A stretch of 48,397 nucleotides of DNA from a virus (IMGVR_UViG_3300025653_000057:1-48397); one strand, 5' to 3'. Positions 24,308 through 34,080 are shown, numbered from the stretch's first letter. Numbers and translations are program-made. The notes: generated by a model from the sequence alone, not told the origin.

Positions 24308-26557
24308 TTAGGCCACCAAGTCGATGAACTTAGAAAGCATCACTCGACTACCTTTCCGATTACCATTCGCTTTCTTGAAGGCGTTGCGGATTTGAGACTT
24401 ACTAGCATCATCAGAAACTTGAATCTGTCCATTAGAGGTAGCAAGCGCACGACCACCTAGAATACCAAAGTATTGAGTGTATCCATAGTTAGGAATGATG
24501 CAGAACTTATCCTTTTTCAGATTTTCCCACAACTGCTCTCGCTCAAAGTAATCTCCAGAAGGAATTTCCCGAATTGCTGATGGCTTACGATATGGTAAAA
24601 TATGAAAGCCGATTGCATTCGACTGAGTGTGTTCCTTGAACATCTTCAGCAGTTGAGGCGTAGCCAAGTCTTGATTAATCCAACGATACCGCTTCTTAGT
24701 CACAGGGTCAGTAACATAGACAACAGTTCTTTCTGCCTTAAATGACTGACGGAATGACAACCTATTCTCATGAATGTATTGTTGCTTATTGTGACTAAAG
24801 TTATCAACAACTTCTTCACTGAACTCCAATGCGGCACTCGCACCATCAGTAAGGAATACAGTATTGACAACATCCAACCGATTTTTAGTCTTGAAGATTT
24901 TGTGAAGCGTAATACCAGCAACGATAGCATCATCAAGTGGTGTTCCACCTAGATACAAGTTGTAAGGAACATTGTAACGCATTCTGGCGTTATAATTATC
25001 CATGTATTCACCAATCGCAAGCATCACCTTGAGCATTTTCTGATAGTCTGAACGACCCATCTTGTTTGTGAACAACTGAAGCATATGAAACTTGTCATCA
25101 TATCCAATCTCATACAAATCAAATATGTCACGATGTTTGAAGGTCTTCTTATTATTTACATTGTAATACCTGTCGCTGAAGGCATAGACCTCGAAAGGAA
25201 TATTGACTTGCTTGCAGAACATTACCAAGTTCAACAACTGGTCGATAGTATTTTTGAGTTGGTCAACCATCGAACCAGACCAGTCGATGAACATCAGCAG
25301 TCCATGATTCTTACCCTCAGGCAACACAGTCATCTTTTTGAAAATGTCATCACTGAACTTGTAGTTGTTCATTTTCAGAGTGTCGATAACACCAGTCTTT
25401 GAGACAGTAGCCCGCTGGTATTCAGAGGCTTTCTTTTTCATCTCAAATTCTTTGACAAGGTAGTTGATTGTCTTTTTGTTGTCACGCTGAAAGATTTTTA
25501 GAAATTCACCACCAGCCTCGACAGCCTCTTGATTATCATCAAAGAGAGACAAGATTTCTTTGTAATCAACAACACGGTCGAGAGCCAGTTGAGGCTTGTC
25601 AGTAGGAAGTTTCAAGTTATAGAAAGTCTTATTGGGGTCAGACGCAAACTCTTTTGAGATGTTCTCATTCAGTGACTTATCAGTGATAGATTGCGGACCT
25701 TGCTCACCACCTTCATGCCCGACAGTGGTGGCCTCAGACCCCTCTGCATCGCTCTCAGACGGCTCAGAACTGCCGTTTGCAGTTGAGTCCTCGTCTACAT
25801 CACTGGTTTGTTCTGTATCGGTTTTTTCGCCTTGCTCCGCATCCGATTCCTCTTCAGAGCCATCGTCTGCTTCAGCGTCAAATTCTGATTCATCCTCGTA
25901 ATCAGAACCGTATTCGCCAGCATCAAACTCGTCTTCTTCATCGCCGTACTCCGCTTGCATTTCAGCAAAGGCTTGAGACATCGCTTGTTGCTCTTCATCA
26001 AACTCTTCTTTTGCTTTACCGTAAAGACGAGTAGCAATATCTACGACTTGTTCAAAAGTCTCAGCATTCTCAATCTCAGTAATCCAAGTCTTCTCTTCTT
26101 TGCTGAATTGAACACCGACAGTCTGTCCACACTTGAACAAAATATTCAGACGGTCAATAAGTTTGAAATTATTTATCTCATCAGCACTCTTACCAAAGAA
26201 ACCATCAGCAAGCAGTTTCTTGTAAGACTGAATGAATGACTTGCGAAGGCCAGGATAACGCCGTTGAACAAGTTTCTCAATACGAGCATCCTCAACGACA
26301 TTCATAAAAGACTGAAAACCAGAACCGCCTGCTTTTGCTTGCTTTTCCCATTCATCAGCGGGCGTATACAATGCGTGAGCAACCTCATGGCCAACAAGGT
26401 GGTCATAAGTGTAGTTCTCCATCTCATCCCAAAGTGGGAGAGTGAGAACACGGTCTTTTACATTAAATGAAGCAGTCTGCACATTCTGATGAACCACTGT
26501 CAAATTCTCAGTGGCCAACAAACGGGCAAGAACTTCTTTAGACTGAATATTTACCAT
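24308..26557 (-). CDS. CobT-like protein: HEXXH domain, acidic linker, VWA domain
   Basis: GHEVAH, NVVEDARIE, MIDAS DWSGS, GGTPL, LTDG. Confidence 0.85.
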   Translation of the reverse strand: MVNIQSKEVLARLLATENLTVVHQNVQTASFNVKDRVLTLPLWDEMENYTYDHLVGHEVAHALYTPADEWEKQAKAGGSGFQSFMNVVEDARIEKLVQRRYPGLRKSFIQSYKKLLADGFFGKSADEINNFKLIDRLNILFKCGQTVGVQFSKEEKTWITEIENAETFEQVVDIATRLYGKAKEEFDEEQQAMSQAFAEMQAEYGDEEDEFDAGEYGSDYEDESEFDAEADDGSEEESDAEQGEKTDTEQTSDVDEDSTANGSSEPSESDAEGSEATTVGHEGGEQGPQSITDKSLNENISKEFASDPNKTFYNLKLPTDKPQLALDRVVDYKEILSLFDDNQEAVEAGGEFLKIFQRDNKKTINYLVKEFEMKKKASEYQRATVSKTGVIDTLKMNNYKFSDDIFKKMTVLPEGKNHGLLMFIDWSGSMVDQLKNTIDQLLNLVMFCKQVNIPFEVYAFSDRYYNVNNKKTFKHRDIFDLYEIGYDDKFHMLQLFTNKMGRSDYQKMLKVMLAIGEYMDNYNARMRYNVPYNLYLGGTPLDDAIVAGITLHKIFKTKNRLDVVNTVFLTDGASAALEFSEEVVDNFSHNKQQYIHENRLSFRQSFKAERTVVYVTDPVTKKRYRWINQDLATPQLLKMFKEHTQSNAIGFHILPYRKPSAIREIPSGDYFEREQLWENLKKDKFCIIPNYGYTQYFGILGGRALATSNGQIQVSDDASKSQIRNAFKKANGNRKGSRVMLSKFIDLVA

Positions 26558-26576
26558 AACGAATCATTCCTCTCAC

Positions 26577-26615
26577 TTACAATACTAATATAAGTGGCGG
26601 TGTATCAGATGTCAA
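26577..26615 (-). promoter_or_regulatory. Early sigma70 promoter TTGACA-N17-TATATT-AGTATTGTAA
   Basis: 23 nt identical to 4741-4763. Confidence 0.85.
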
Positions 26616-26636
26616 GGGCTATAGGCAAATATTTTT

Positions 26637-27332
26637 TTATTTTATTGCAATTGCTCCGACAAACATATGATTTCTCCAGAAGGGCTGTAGATTCGAGAAG
26701 CCTGCTTCTGTAATCATGTCTTGAATCTCAGCCCATGTATTAGGCTTTAGCATATGTCTAAGCGTTCTTTCTTTATCCATGATGTCTTCAGTGCTAAAGG
26801 TTTTACGCTTGAAGTCGTAATAGTTAAAGGTGAGCATATCCTGTAACTTTGGATTTTCACAGATAGTCTTCTCTGCAAAGATAAAAGCACCACCCCTGTT
26901 CAATCCTTCATAGATATTTTTGATTACTTTCTCTCTATCCCTATGTGGCATGAACTGTAAAGTAAAAATGGATGTGACGAGAGAACAATTGTAAAAGTCA
27001 AAATCACGAACATCTTCTTGCTCAAATCCAACAGTAGCCCATGGATATTTTTCAAATAAATCATGCTCACGCTTCTGCAAATCTTCGTAGAAACCCTCTG
27101 CAATCTCTACACCGATATAGTAAGCATCCTGAGAATGGTCTTGATTTTCTTCTAACATTCTCTGTGTCATCTTACCAGTAGAACACCCAATATCAACGAC
27201 TGTGGTATTGTCCTCAACAAAGTAACGAGACATGGCAACTACATCATCAAGCAAGTCTGAGTATCCACGAATAGATTTGTCGATGTGATTGTCAAATCCT
27301 TCCTCACGATGTGCAAATGTAAAATCAGCCAT
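26637..27332 (-). CDS. cmoA: CmoA-like carboxy-S-adenosylmethionine synthase
   Basis: FDNHIDKSIRGY, DIGCSTG, IFTLQFM, GGAFIFAEK and AGF..FW...F.GAIAIK parallel the CmoA motifs. Confidence 0.75.
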   Translation of the reverse strand: MADFTFAHREEGFDNHIDKSIRGYSDLLDDVVAMSRYFVEDNTTVVDIGCSTGKMTQRMLEENQDHSQDAYYIGVEIAEGFYEDLQKREHDLFEKYPWATVGFEQEDVRDFDFYNCSLVTSIFTLQFMPHRDREKVIKNIYEGLNRGGAFIFAEKTICENPKLQDMLTFNYYDFKRKTFSTEDIMDKERTLRHMLKPNTWAEIQDMITEAGFSNLQPFWRNHMFVGAIAIK

Positions 27333-28467
27333 TATACTTCTCCAATACCTTCTCATAGATTGAACCAGCAATCTCTTTCATCATCTTAGGGGCAACCATT
27401 CTACCAATGCGTTCTGCTTGTGCATCAAAGTCACCTGTCAAAATGTAATCATCTGGTAGCGCCATTGCTCTTTTCATTTCATTGATAGTCAGTTTGCGAT
27501 TTGCTTCATAATGTATGATGCCTGACATACCCTTCTTTTGTCCAGTCTGAGTTAGTGTAGGACAAGGCAAATCTGGACTGCAACGAATCATATTGAAACA
27601 TGAACCCTTTGGATTGGTTTCTTTGAACATGGGATTAGATGCTTTGAGATACCTGTTGGGTCTGAAAGGAATAGGTTCAACAAATTTCCATTGCCAAGAA
27701 TCTTTGAGATAGTCCTCAAGCATCTTTGCTTGCTCTTCATCATTCTCTAATCCTTGTAGCGCATCCTCAAATCGAATACGCTCACTAAATGGTTCTGGAA
27801 AAATACCATGAATGTTGAGAAAGGTCAAACCAACCTTAGAGCATACATCATCACGAATACCAATAAAGATTGTTCTTTCTCTATGCTGTGGAACTCCATA
27901 ATCAGCGGCGGACATTACCTTATAAGACATATTGTAACCAATGCTTTCAAATGCATTGACAAATTGTCGCAACTTTGGTTTAGCAAAGTCCATTGTGATT
28001 CCCTTGACATTCTCAGCAACAATTACCTTTGGTTTGATAACCTCTGCTACACGAATGAACTCAAGAAACAAATCTTCGATGTTCTCTACCTTTTTACCAT
28101 CTGAGTAATTTTTAGTCTTGTTCCATCCCTCTTGATTACGAGACACCATAGAAGAAACAGAGTAAGCAGAACAAGGAGGCGAGCCATCTAGAATGTCTAA
28201 CTCACCTTCCTTTAGTCCTGTCTTATCAAGAAAGTCTTGTCCACTATACTTTTTGATATCATCCACCAGAACTGGTGTATCAGGAAAGTTAGCAGTATAG
28301 GTTTCGACTGCGGCTTCAACAAACTCATTGATAAGTCGAATGTCTCCACCAGCAAGTCGATAACCTGTGGAAGAGCCTCCACCACCAGCGAATAAACTGA
28401 TGACAGAGAACTTCTTCTGTGCAGATGCTTTCTTTACATCTTCTAATGTGTAGGGCGTATACTTCAC
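27325..28467 (-). CDS. DNA cytosine-C5 methyltransferase-family protein (possible carboxymethyltransferase)
   Basis: FAGGGG (I), GSPPC (IV), ENV (VI), PQHRER (VIII), RKLTINE (IX), IGRMV (X variant). Confidence 0.9.
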   Translation of the reverse strand: MKYTPYTLEDVKKASAQKKFSVISLFAGGGGSSTGYRLAGGDIRLINEFVEAAVETYTANFPDTPVLVDDIKKYSGQDFLDKTGLKEGELDILDGSPPCSAYSVSSMVSRNQEGWNKTKNYSDGKKVENIEDLFLEFIRVAEVIKPKVIVAENVKGITMDFAKPKLRQFVNAFESIGYNMSYKVMSAADYGVPQHRERTIFIGIRDDVCSKVGLTFLNIHGIFPEPFSERIRFEDALQGLENDEEQAKMLEDYLKDSWQWKFVEPIPFRPNRYLKASNPMFKETNPKGSCFNMIRCSPDLPCPTLTQTGQKKGMSGIIHYEANRKLTINEMKRAMALPDDYILTGDFDAQAERIGRMVAPKMMKEIAGSIYEKVLEKYNG

Positions 28468-29252
28468 TTCAATCCCATTTTCGCTCTAATAGCAGTTGCA
28501 GAAATATTCTCTACCTTTTCATCAAAGTGTTCTTGCTCAATAGCATATCCCACCTTGCGTCCATAGGTGATGTTTACAATATTCGGAACGAGCATAATAA
28601 CATATTCCTTACCATGTGTAAAGCCCTTTTCGCTCAAACCTTTGATAATATTTCGCTTTACTTGTTCAAAGTCAAATGGATTGCTGTTATCCCATCCTTG
28701 CACATCACGCACTTGAATACAGACCTGTCCAGTCTTTGCTAGACACCGCTTAAATAGTTCTGTGTGTCCATCGTGCCATGGTTGCCATCTACCCAACATC
28801 TGCACCGTTTCTTTTCTCCAGTCAAACGGCTGTAAATCCTTTGATACCAAATCAGATTGTGCATCCGAATCAAACTTATCAAAGTGATAATCTGTCGTTA
28901 CTGTTCCCATTTCATTTACAGGATAGTCAAACATCTTGTTTGTATCCTCATAACGACCCTCTTCAATAGTATCCATGAATACAGAAACATCAGGCATGAC
29001 GATATGACGATACTCTGTCTTTGGACATACAAAATCAAGAATAGCCCATTGCTTATCAGACTCAGCACCAAGCACTCTCATTCTTTCTGCTTGACGCATA
29101 CGACCCTCTTCACTAAAATCCCAATCGTCAAATCGCTTGCGAACTTCATCAGCATTGAAATGGTCACAGTCACCAAGTTTCTGTCGCAACTTATTTGCAA
29201 ATGTTGTTTTACCAGAGCCGGGCAGGCCCATGACAAGAATTGTTTTAGCCAT
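28464..29252 (-). CDS. APS-kinase-like P-loop domain fused to an HxGH nucleotidyltransferase
   Basis: GLPGSGKTT, NADEVR, DFVCP; GRWQPWHDGH, ISATAIR. Confidence 0.85.
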   Translation of the reverse strand: MAKTILVMGLPGSGKTTFANKLRQKLGDCDHFNADEVRKRFDDWDFSEEGRMRQAERMRVLGAESDKQWAILDFVCPKTEYRHIVMPDVSVFMDTIEEGRYEDTNKMFDYPVNEMGTVTTDYHFDKFDSDAQSDLVSKDLQPFDWRKETVQMLGRWQPWHDGHTELFKRCLAKTGQVCIQVRDVQGWDNSNPFDFEQVKRNIIKGLSEKGFTHGKEYVIMLVPNIVNITYGRKVGYAIEQEHFDEKVENISATAIRAKMGLK

Positions 29253-29427
29253 CTAAATTATCTCCTCTCAATTCTTTTTCAGTATTTTCAATTTCCACAA
29301 GACGGCTCTTCATATAACTGATTGCTGTGCTAATGTGTCCAGTATCATGTGGTTGTAGTTTGCTTTCTGCAACCTTAATCTCATTGTTTAGAATTGCTTT
29401 CAAATCATCTATGTAACTCATATTCAT
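29245..29427 (-). CDS. Hypothetical protein
   Basis: PHDTGHISTAI; overlap-coupled. Confidence 0.65.
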   Translation of the reverse strand: MNMSYIDDLKAILNNEIKVAESKLQPHDTGHISTAISYMKSRLVEIENTEKELRGDNLDG

Positions 29428-29770
29428 CTCCCATGTATCCTACGCTCTCACGCTTAATATCGTTATGATTAAATTCAGCCCAGTATAGTTCATATGCGAT
29501 TGCATCTTCCAAACACTCAAATTGATGATACACGCCAGGCTTTACTTTTGTAAAATCGCCTGGGCCGAGAATAGTTTCATCAACCAAGTCATAGTCTTTT
29601 TGCCATACACGAATGAGAAGTTTACCAGATTCTACAAAGAAACCATTCCACTTATATTCATGCAAATGCTTTGAGCAGACGCCGCCTGCATCTGTTTCAA
29701 TCCTATGAAACTCCAGAACTCCATTTGCTTCGATAAGTTCTGTAGTTCCCCACACTTTACCAGCAATCAT
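29405..29770 (-). CDS. Cupin-domain protein
   Basis: KVWG, CSKHLH, FFVESG, PGVYHQF. Confidence 0.8.
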   Translation of the reverse strand: MIAGKVWGTTELIEANGVLEFHRIETDAGGVCSKHLHEYKWNGFFVESGKLLIRVWQKDYDLVDETILGPGDFTKVKPGVYHQFECLEDAIAYELYWAEFNHNDIKRESVGYMGDEYELHR

Positions 29771-30294
29771 GCTACCATCCTATGCTTTTTCCTTAGTTTA
29801 TCAAGTTTTGCTTTCTGTTTTTTCGCTTGCTCAAGGTGATACCTATTTGCTCTCGTTGTATACAGAATGCCGTTACAATGGTCGAGTTCATGCTGAAAAA
29901 TTCTAGCAGTCATTCCACCAAACTTTATTGTGTCAGTTACACCCTCTTGTGTGGTGTATCTTACACGAATCCAATCATATCTTTTTACTTTAACATAAAG
30001 GCCTGGGAATGTCAAGCATCCTTCTTCCTCTAGTGTTGTTTCTTTGGATGAGTCAACAATTTTTGGATTAAAAACTCCAGCAATATTGTCAGGGTCAGTA
30101 GGACTTCCCATCACAAAAACTCTCAATGGAATACCACACTGAATAGCAGACAACCCTACACCATTGTTTTCAATCATTGTCTCTTTTAGATTTTCAAATA
30201 ACTCATTAGCGTCCATCTGTGGATTTTGAAAATCGAAAGGTTCACTATGAACTCTCAATCTCTCATCCATACTTCCAATCAAATCAAGTTTCAT
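29767..30294 (-). CDS. def: Peptide deformylase
   Basis: GVGLSAIQ, EGCLT, QHELDH. Confidence 0.93.
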   Translation of the reverse strand: MKLDLIGSMDERLRVHSEPFDFQNPQMDANELFENLKETMIENNGVGLSAIQCGIPLRVFVMGSPTDPDNIAGVFNPKIVDSSKETTLEEEGCLTFPGLYVKVKRYDWIRVRYTTQEGVTDTIKFGGMTARIFQHELDHCNGILYTTRANRYHLEQAKKQKAKLDKLRKKHRMVA

Positions 30295-30824
30295 TCTGTT
30301 CTCCCATAAAATTCTGTTCTGTATGCTTTGAGTGATGAAAAATAATACCAACAACAATTGTCTTTACCAGTAGAGTTGCTGTCTGGTATCCATTTTACTC
30401 TACCAATACTTACAATTTTACTGACATATGGTAGATAAGGTATTGCTTGTTTTGTATGCATCCAATCAGCATCAAAGAGTAACCACGCACCTTTACCAAC
30501 TTCTCTGAATCTTTCAATCATCGGATGAAGTATCTTTCGATTCCAAGGTGGATTGGTAATTATCTTATGACCCTTCTGATATGCAAAGTATCCAAGTTCC
30601 TCAAAGTCTGCTTTCCTAATATCATCTCTCTGAGGTTCGATATCACTAGCAAACACACACTCATGTCCATATTTGCATAGTATATCTATGAGTTTTCCAT
30701 CGCCAGCACAAGGCTCTACAAAAGGACAGTTTGGTGGCAAATGCGGTAAAAGGGGTAGAACAGCCGCTTCTGGTGTTGGATAGAAGTCTCGTTCTACTCT
30801 TTCAAAATCACTTCGTTTACCCAT
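30291..30824 (-). CDS. Minimal amino-DNA methyltransferase (N6-adenine type)
   Basis: DFYPTP, EPCAGDG, ITNPPW. Confidence 0.85.
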   Translation of the reverse strand: MGKRSDFERVERDFYPTPEAAVLPLLPHLPPNCPFVEPCAGDGKLIDILCKYGHECVFASDIEPQRDDIRKADFEELGYFAYQKGHKIITNPPWNRKILHPMIERFREVGKGAWLLFDADWMHTKQAIPYLPYVSKIVSIGRVKWIPDSNSTGKDNCCWYYFSSLKAYRTEFYGRTE

Positions 30825-31137
30825 AATCTAATTCTAACCAGTTTGTGTTCTCATCCATTAGAGTGAGTACATTTTTATATTTTTCATAAATGTGTGAATT
30901 ATTCATTCGTAAACCATAACTATCTTTGTGACAGATATAGCAACTACCAGATTCACCATAGAAAAAGTAATATCCTTCTTCATAGGTGCAATTAACGATA
31001 CCGCTATTCATTCTCCATGAATCGCCATCTAGATATCCACCTGACCATCCAGCAAGAACCTTATAAAAGAAACCACTGACGGTCAGTGCTGTTGGAATTT
31101 TTAATATTACCCAATTGTCTGGATTGTATTCATTCAT
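30817..31137 (-). CDS. Conserved myophage hypothetical protein
   Basis: PDNWVILK, YKVLAGWSGGYLDGDSWRMNSGI. Confidence 0.8.
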   Translation of the reverse strand: MNEYNPDNWVILKIPTALTVSGFFYKVLAGWSGGYLDGDSWRMNSGIVNCTYEEGYYFFYGESGSCYICHKDSYGLRMNNSHIYEKYKNVLTLMDENTNWLELDYG

Positions 31138-32849
31138 GCCGCTACTCTACTAAAGTTCTTCACTTTCTCAAAGCGAATCTGATTACGAAACTTCTCTGAC
31201 AGAACATCACCCTTATGTGAGATGACAAACACATTAGTCTCACCACCCAACTGATGAATCAGTTTTAGAAACTCATCACAGCCAGCAGTATCAAGTGAAG
31301 CATCAAAGACTTCATCCAAGATGAGTAGGTTAGTGTTAGTAGAGTTTTTGAGTTTAGCAATTGCACGCCATGTGAATAGTAATGCCAAATCAATTCGCAT
31401 CTTCTCCCCTTCAGAGAATGAAGCATAAGAAAACTCGTCACGATGCCTACTCTTAATAATCTCATTGAACTCCTCGTCTAACTCAAATGCTACAAAGAAA
31501 TCTAGTGCGGCGAGATACTTGTTAATCAGTTTGTTCATAATCGGAACATACTGTCGAATGATTTTGGTTTTGATACCACCATCCTTCAGCATATCAGAAG
31601 CAACACCAAATAATTCTCTGTCGTTGATTAGTTCTTCTTTCTTCTCAGAGAATGTCTGATTTTCTCTCTGTAATGTTTCAAGAGTATCTTTTGCCTCAGT
31701 GTCGTCAGCATTTGCGCTTTGTATTCGCTGAATTTCTCCTTGGTTCTTGGAAACGGACTTCTCCAAGGATTTAATTGTTGATTGATTTGTTGAAACATTA
31801 GACTGCAAAACACTGACCTCTTGCTGAGTAGTTTGTATCTCAGTAAGTCTTTCCTGTAGCGTATTGTATTCTTCTTCCAGTTCTTGTATACCATCTTTGA
31901 CTTTTTCGATAATCTGATTTGTGTCCTCAATAACCTTGCTCTTAATAGAATCTTCAATCTCCTGTGAACAGGTAGGGCATTCATCATTTCTTTCAAAGAA
32001 GTCAATTCGTTTGTGCGCTTTGTCATGTTTGCTCCTTAACTTATTAATCAAGTCAAACACCTTACCACTTTTAAGTGTAATAGAATCGGAGTCCTTTACC
32101 TTTTCAAGTAGCAGTTCTGTTTTTGTAATCATACAAGCATTGTTAGATGTAAGAGACTGTATCTCTTTCTCTGATTCATCAATCATGTTCTGAAAGGTAG
32201 CAATGGTATCATCACTCTGTTCTTTCAGTTTACGAATGTAATCTTTCTGTGTCTCAATCTTACTCTCAACCAACTGCATCTGATATTCAGTTTCACGAAT
32301 ATCTTCTTTGTTCTCTGCAATCCTATCTTTCAACAACTTACCCATAGAAGAGAAGATACTAATGTCCAGTAAGTCTTCAATAACCTCTCTACGATTAGCC
32401 GCTGTCAACTGCATGAAAGGCACAAATGTAGATGCACCCAACACAACGATTTGTGTGAAAGATTTATAGTTAAGTTTGAGAATAGTTTCTTCAAGTTGCT
32501 TCTGATAATCTCTTACTGAACCTGGCTGGTTTAATAGATTACCATTCTGATAGATTTCAAACTTAGCAGGCTTCATACCTCTCTTAATGATGTATTCTTG
32601 CTTACCAATACTAAACTCAATCTCTACCATCAAGTCTCGTTGATTGATAGTATTAAGTAGTTGCGATTTTGAAATTCTGCGGAATGGTTTGCTGAACAAA
32701 ACATAACATAATGCGTCAAGTATTGTAGACTTGCCCGCACCGTTTTCACCAACAACGATTGTGTTTGGTGAACGATTTAGTTGGATTTCAGTATGCACAT
32801 TACCAGTTGAGAGAAAATTCTTCCAACGAATAGTTTTGAAGTAAATCAT
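31134..32849 (-). CDS. gp46: Recombination endonuclease subunit (Rad50/SbcC-like)
   Basis: GENGAGKST, CPTC hook, FSEGEK, LILDE, ISH. Confidence 0.97.
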   Translation of the reverse strand: MIYFKTIRWKNFLSTGNVHTEIQLNRSPNTIVVGENGAGKSTILDALCYVLFSKPFRRISKSQLLNTINQRDLMVEIEFSIGKQEYIIKRGMKPAKFEIYQNGNLLNQPGSVRDYQKQLEETILKLNYKSFTQIVVLGASTFVPFMQLTAANRREVIEDLLDISIFSSMGKLLKDRIAENKEDIRETEYQMQLVESKIETQKDYIRKLKEQSDDTIATFQNMIDESEKEIQSLTSNNACMITKTELLLEKVKDSDSITLKSGKVFDLINKLRSKHDKAHKRIDFFERNDECPTCSQEIEDSIKSKVIEDTNQIIEKVKDGIQELEEEYNTLQERLTEIQTTQQEVSVLQSNVSTNQSTIKSLEKSVSKNQGEIQRIQSANADDTEAKDTLETLQRENQTFSEKKEELINDRELFGVASDMLKDGGIKTKIIRQYVPIMNKLINKYLAALDFFVAFELDEEFNEIIKSRHRDEFSYASFSEGEKMRIDLALLFTWRAIAKLKNSTNTNLLILDEVFDASLDTAGCDEFLKLIHQLGGETNVFVISHKGDVLSEKFRNQIRFEKVKNFSRVAA

Positions 32850-33016
32850 ATCTTTGTCTTAGGCACCGTTACATATTCAAGTTCATCATGTTTCTCACCA
32901 CAGTGAGGACAGTGGAGTTTCTTTGGAGTGTAGTTCTCATGACTCGCAATGCTCCACCAACCTAGACATTTACCACAAGTAAAATGATGTAGGTATTCTA
33001 TGCTTGCACGAATCAT
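32846..33016 (-). CDS. Small zinc-ribbon protein (56 aa, below the ORF-track cutoff)
   Basis: MIRASIEYLHHFTCGKCLGWWSIASHENYTPKKLHCPHCGEKHDELEYVTVPKTKI; ATGA overlap with gp46. Confidence 0.75.
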   Translation of the reverse strand: MIRASIEYLHHFTCGKCLGWWSIASHENYTPKKLHCPHCGEKHDELEYVTVPKTKI

Positions 33017-33018
33017 GT

Positions 33019-34080
33019 CTACACTTCCATATACAGTGCTTCATTATAAAGACTTCGCATCAGATTGTCAAGTCTTTTCTTCGACACATTTGTCTCCATG
33101 TTCTCAATATACTTAGAGAGAATGGTGACGGTATCTTCTGCTTCATTGACAATATCCGAATCATCTTCCAAGTTCAAATTGAGATGGTCATCAACAATCT
33201 GGATGTTTACAGGATTCGCTTGATACAACTTATCCATAAACTGGTCGAACCAATACGGATTTTCTTTGTTCTGTGTTACAACCTTGACATACGAACCTTC
33301 AAAACCAGAAAAGTCTTTTTCCAAAATATCAGACGCTTCCTTACCAGAGTCATCATAGAAGACTTTATTGAACATACGATACGGATTACGAACAAACTCC
33401 AGTTCTCTTGTATCCGTATCAAAGATATGAAACCCTTTAGGGTCTTGATAGTCTGACCATGTAAGTTCATATGGACAACCAAGATAGTGGATATTCTTAG
33501 TTACTGACTTAGTATGGAAATGTCCAGATGCAACTAAGTCAAACTTACTGAAGTCTCCTACATCCATACCATGTTCATTGATTTGTCCACGCATCATCAG
33601 ACAACCAGCAATCTCCAAGTGTCCAAATAGAATCTGCGCTGGTGTATCCTTCATATGCTGAATTGCTTGTGCATAGTTGGAGTTGTTAATCCAAGGCATC
33701 AAGCAGATAGGAGTGTCTCCAAAATTTACAGTAGTTGCTTCCGAATAATACGAAACATCATGCTTGTCAAACAGTTCTTGCATTGAGTTAATTTCATTGG
33801 TGTTCTTGTATGGAACATCATGATTACCAATGATGACATGAAGGTCAATACCCTTATCTGTAACTTTGTTTAGGAAAGTATCTTTGAGATGACGGAGAGT
33901 AACAAAATTGATATACTTGCGCCTATCCACGATATCTCCCAAATGGATGATTGTGTCAATCCTGTTGTCTTCCAAATAGGGAAAGAAAATATTATCATAA
34001 AACTTAGCCATGTAGTCAAGAAAATGATGAGCATCGTTTCTTACTCCCCAATGTGTATCTGTAACCAGTGCGATTTTCAT
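33019..34080 (-). CDS. gp47: Recombination endonuclease subunit (Mre11/SbcD-like)
   Basis: TDTHWG, LGDIVD, GNHD, SGHFH. Confidence 0.96.
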   Translation of the reverse strand: MKIALVTDTHWGVRNDAHHFLDYMAKFYDNIFFPYLEDNRIDTIIHLGDIVDRRKYINFVTLRHLKDTFLNKVTDKGIDLHVIIGNHDVPYKNTNEINSMQELFDKHDVSYYSEATTVNFGDTPICLMPWINNSNYAQAIQHMKDTPAQILFGHLEIAGCLMMRGQINEHGMDVGDFSKFDLVASGHFHTKSVTKNIHYLGCPYELTWSDYQDPKGFHIFDTDTRELEFVRNPYRMFNKVFYDDSGKEASDILEKDFSGFEGSYVKVVTQNKENPYWFDQFMDKLYQANPVNIQIVDDHLNLNLEDDSDIVNEAEDTVTILSKYIENMETNVSKKRLDNLMRSLYNEALYMEV

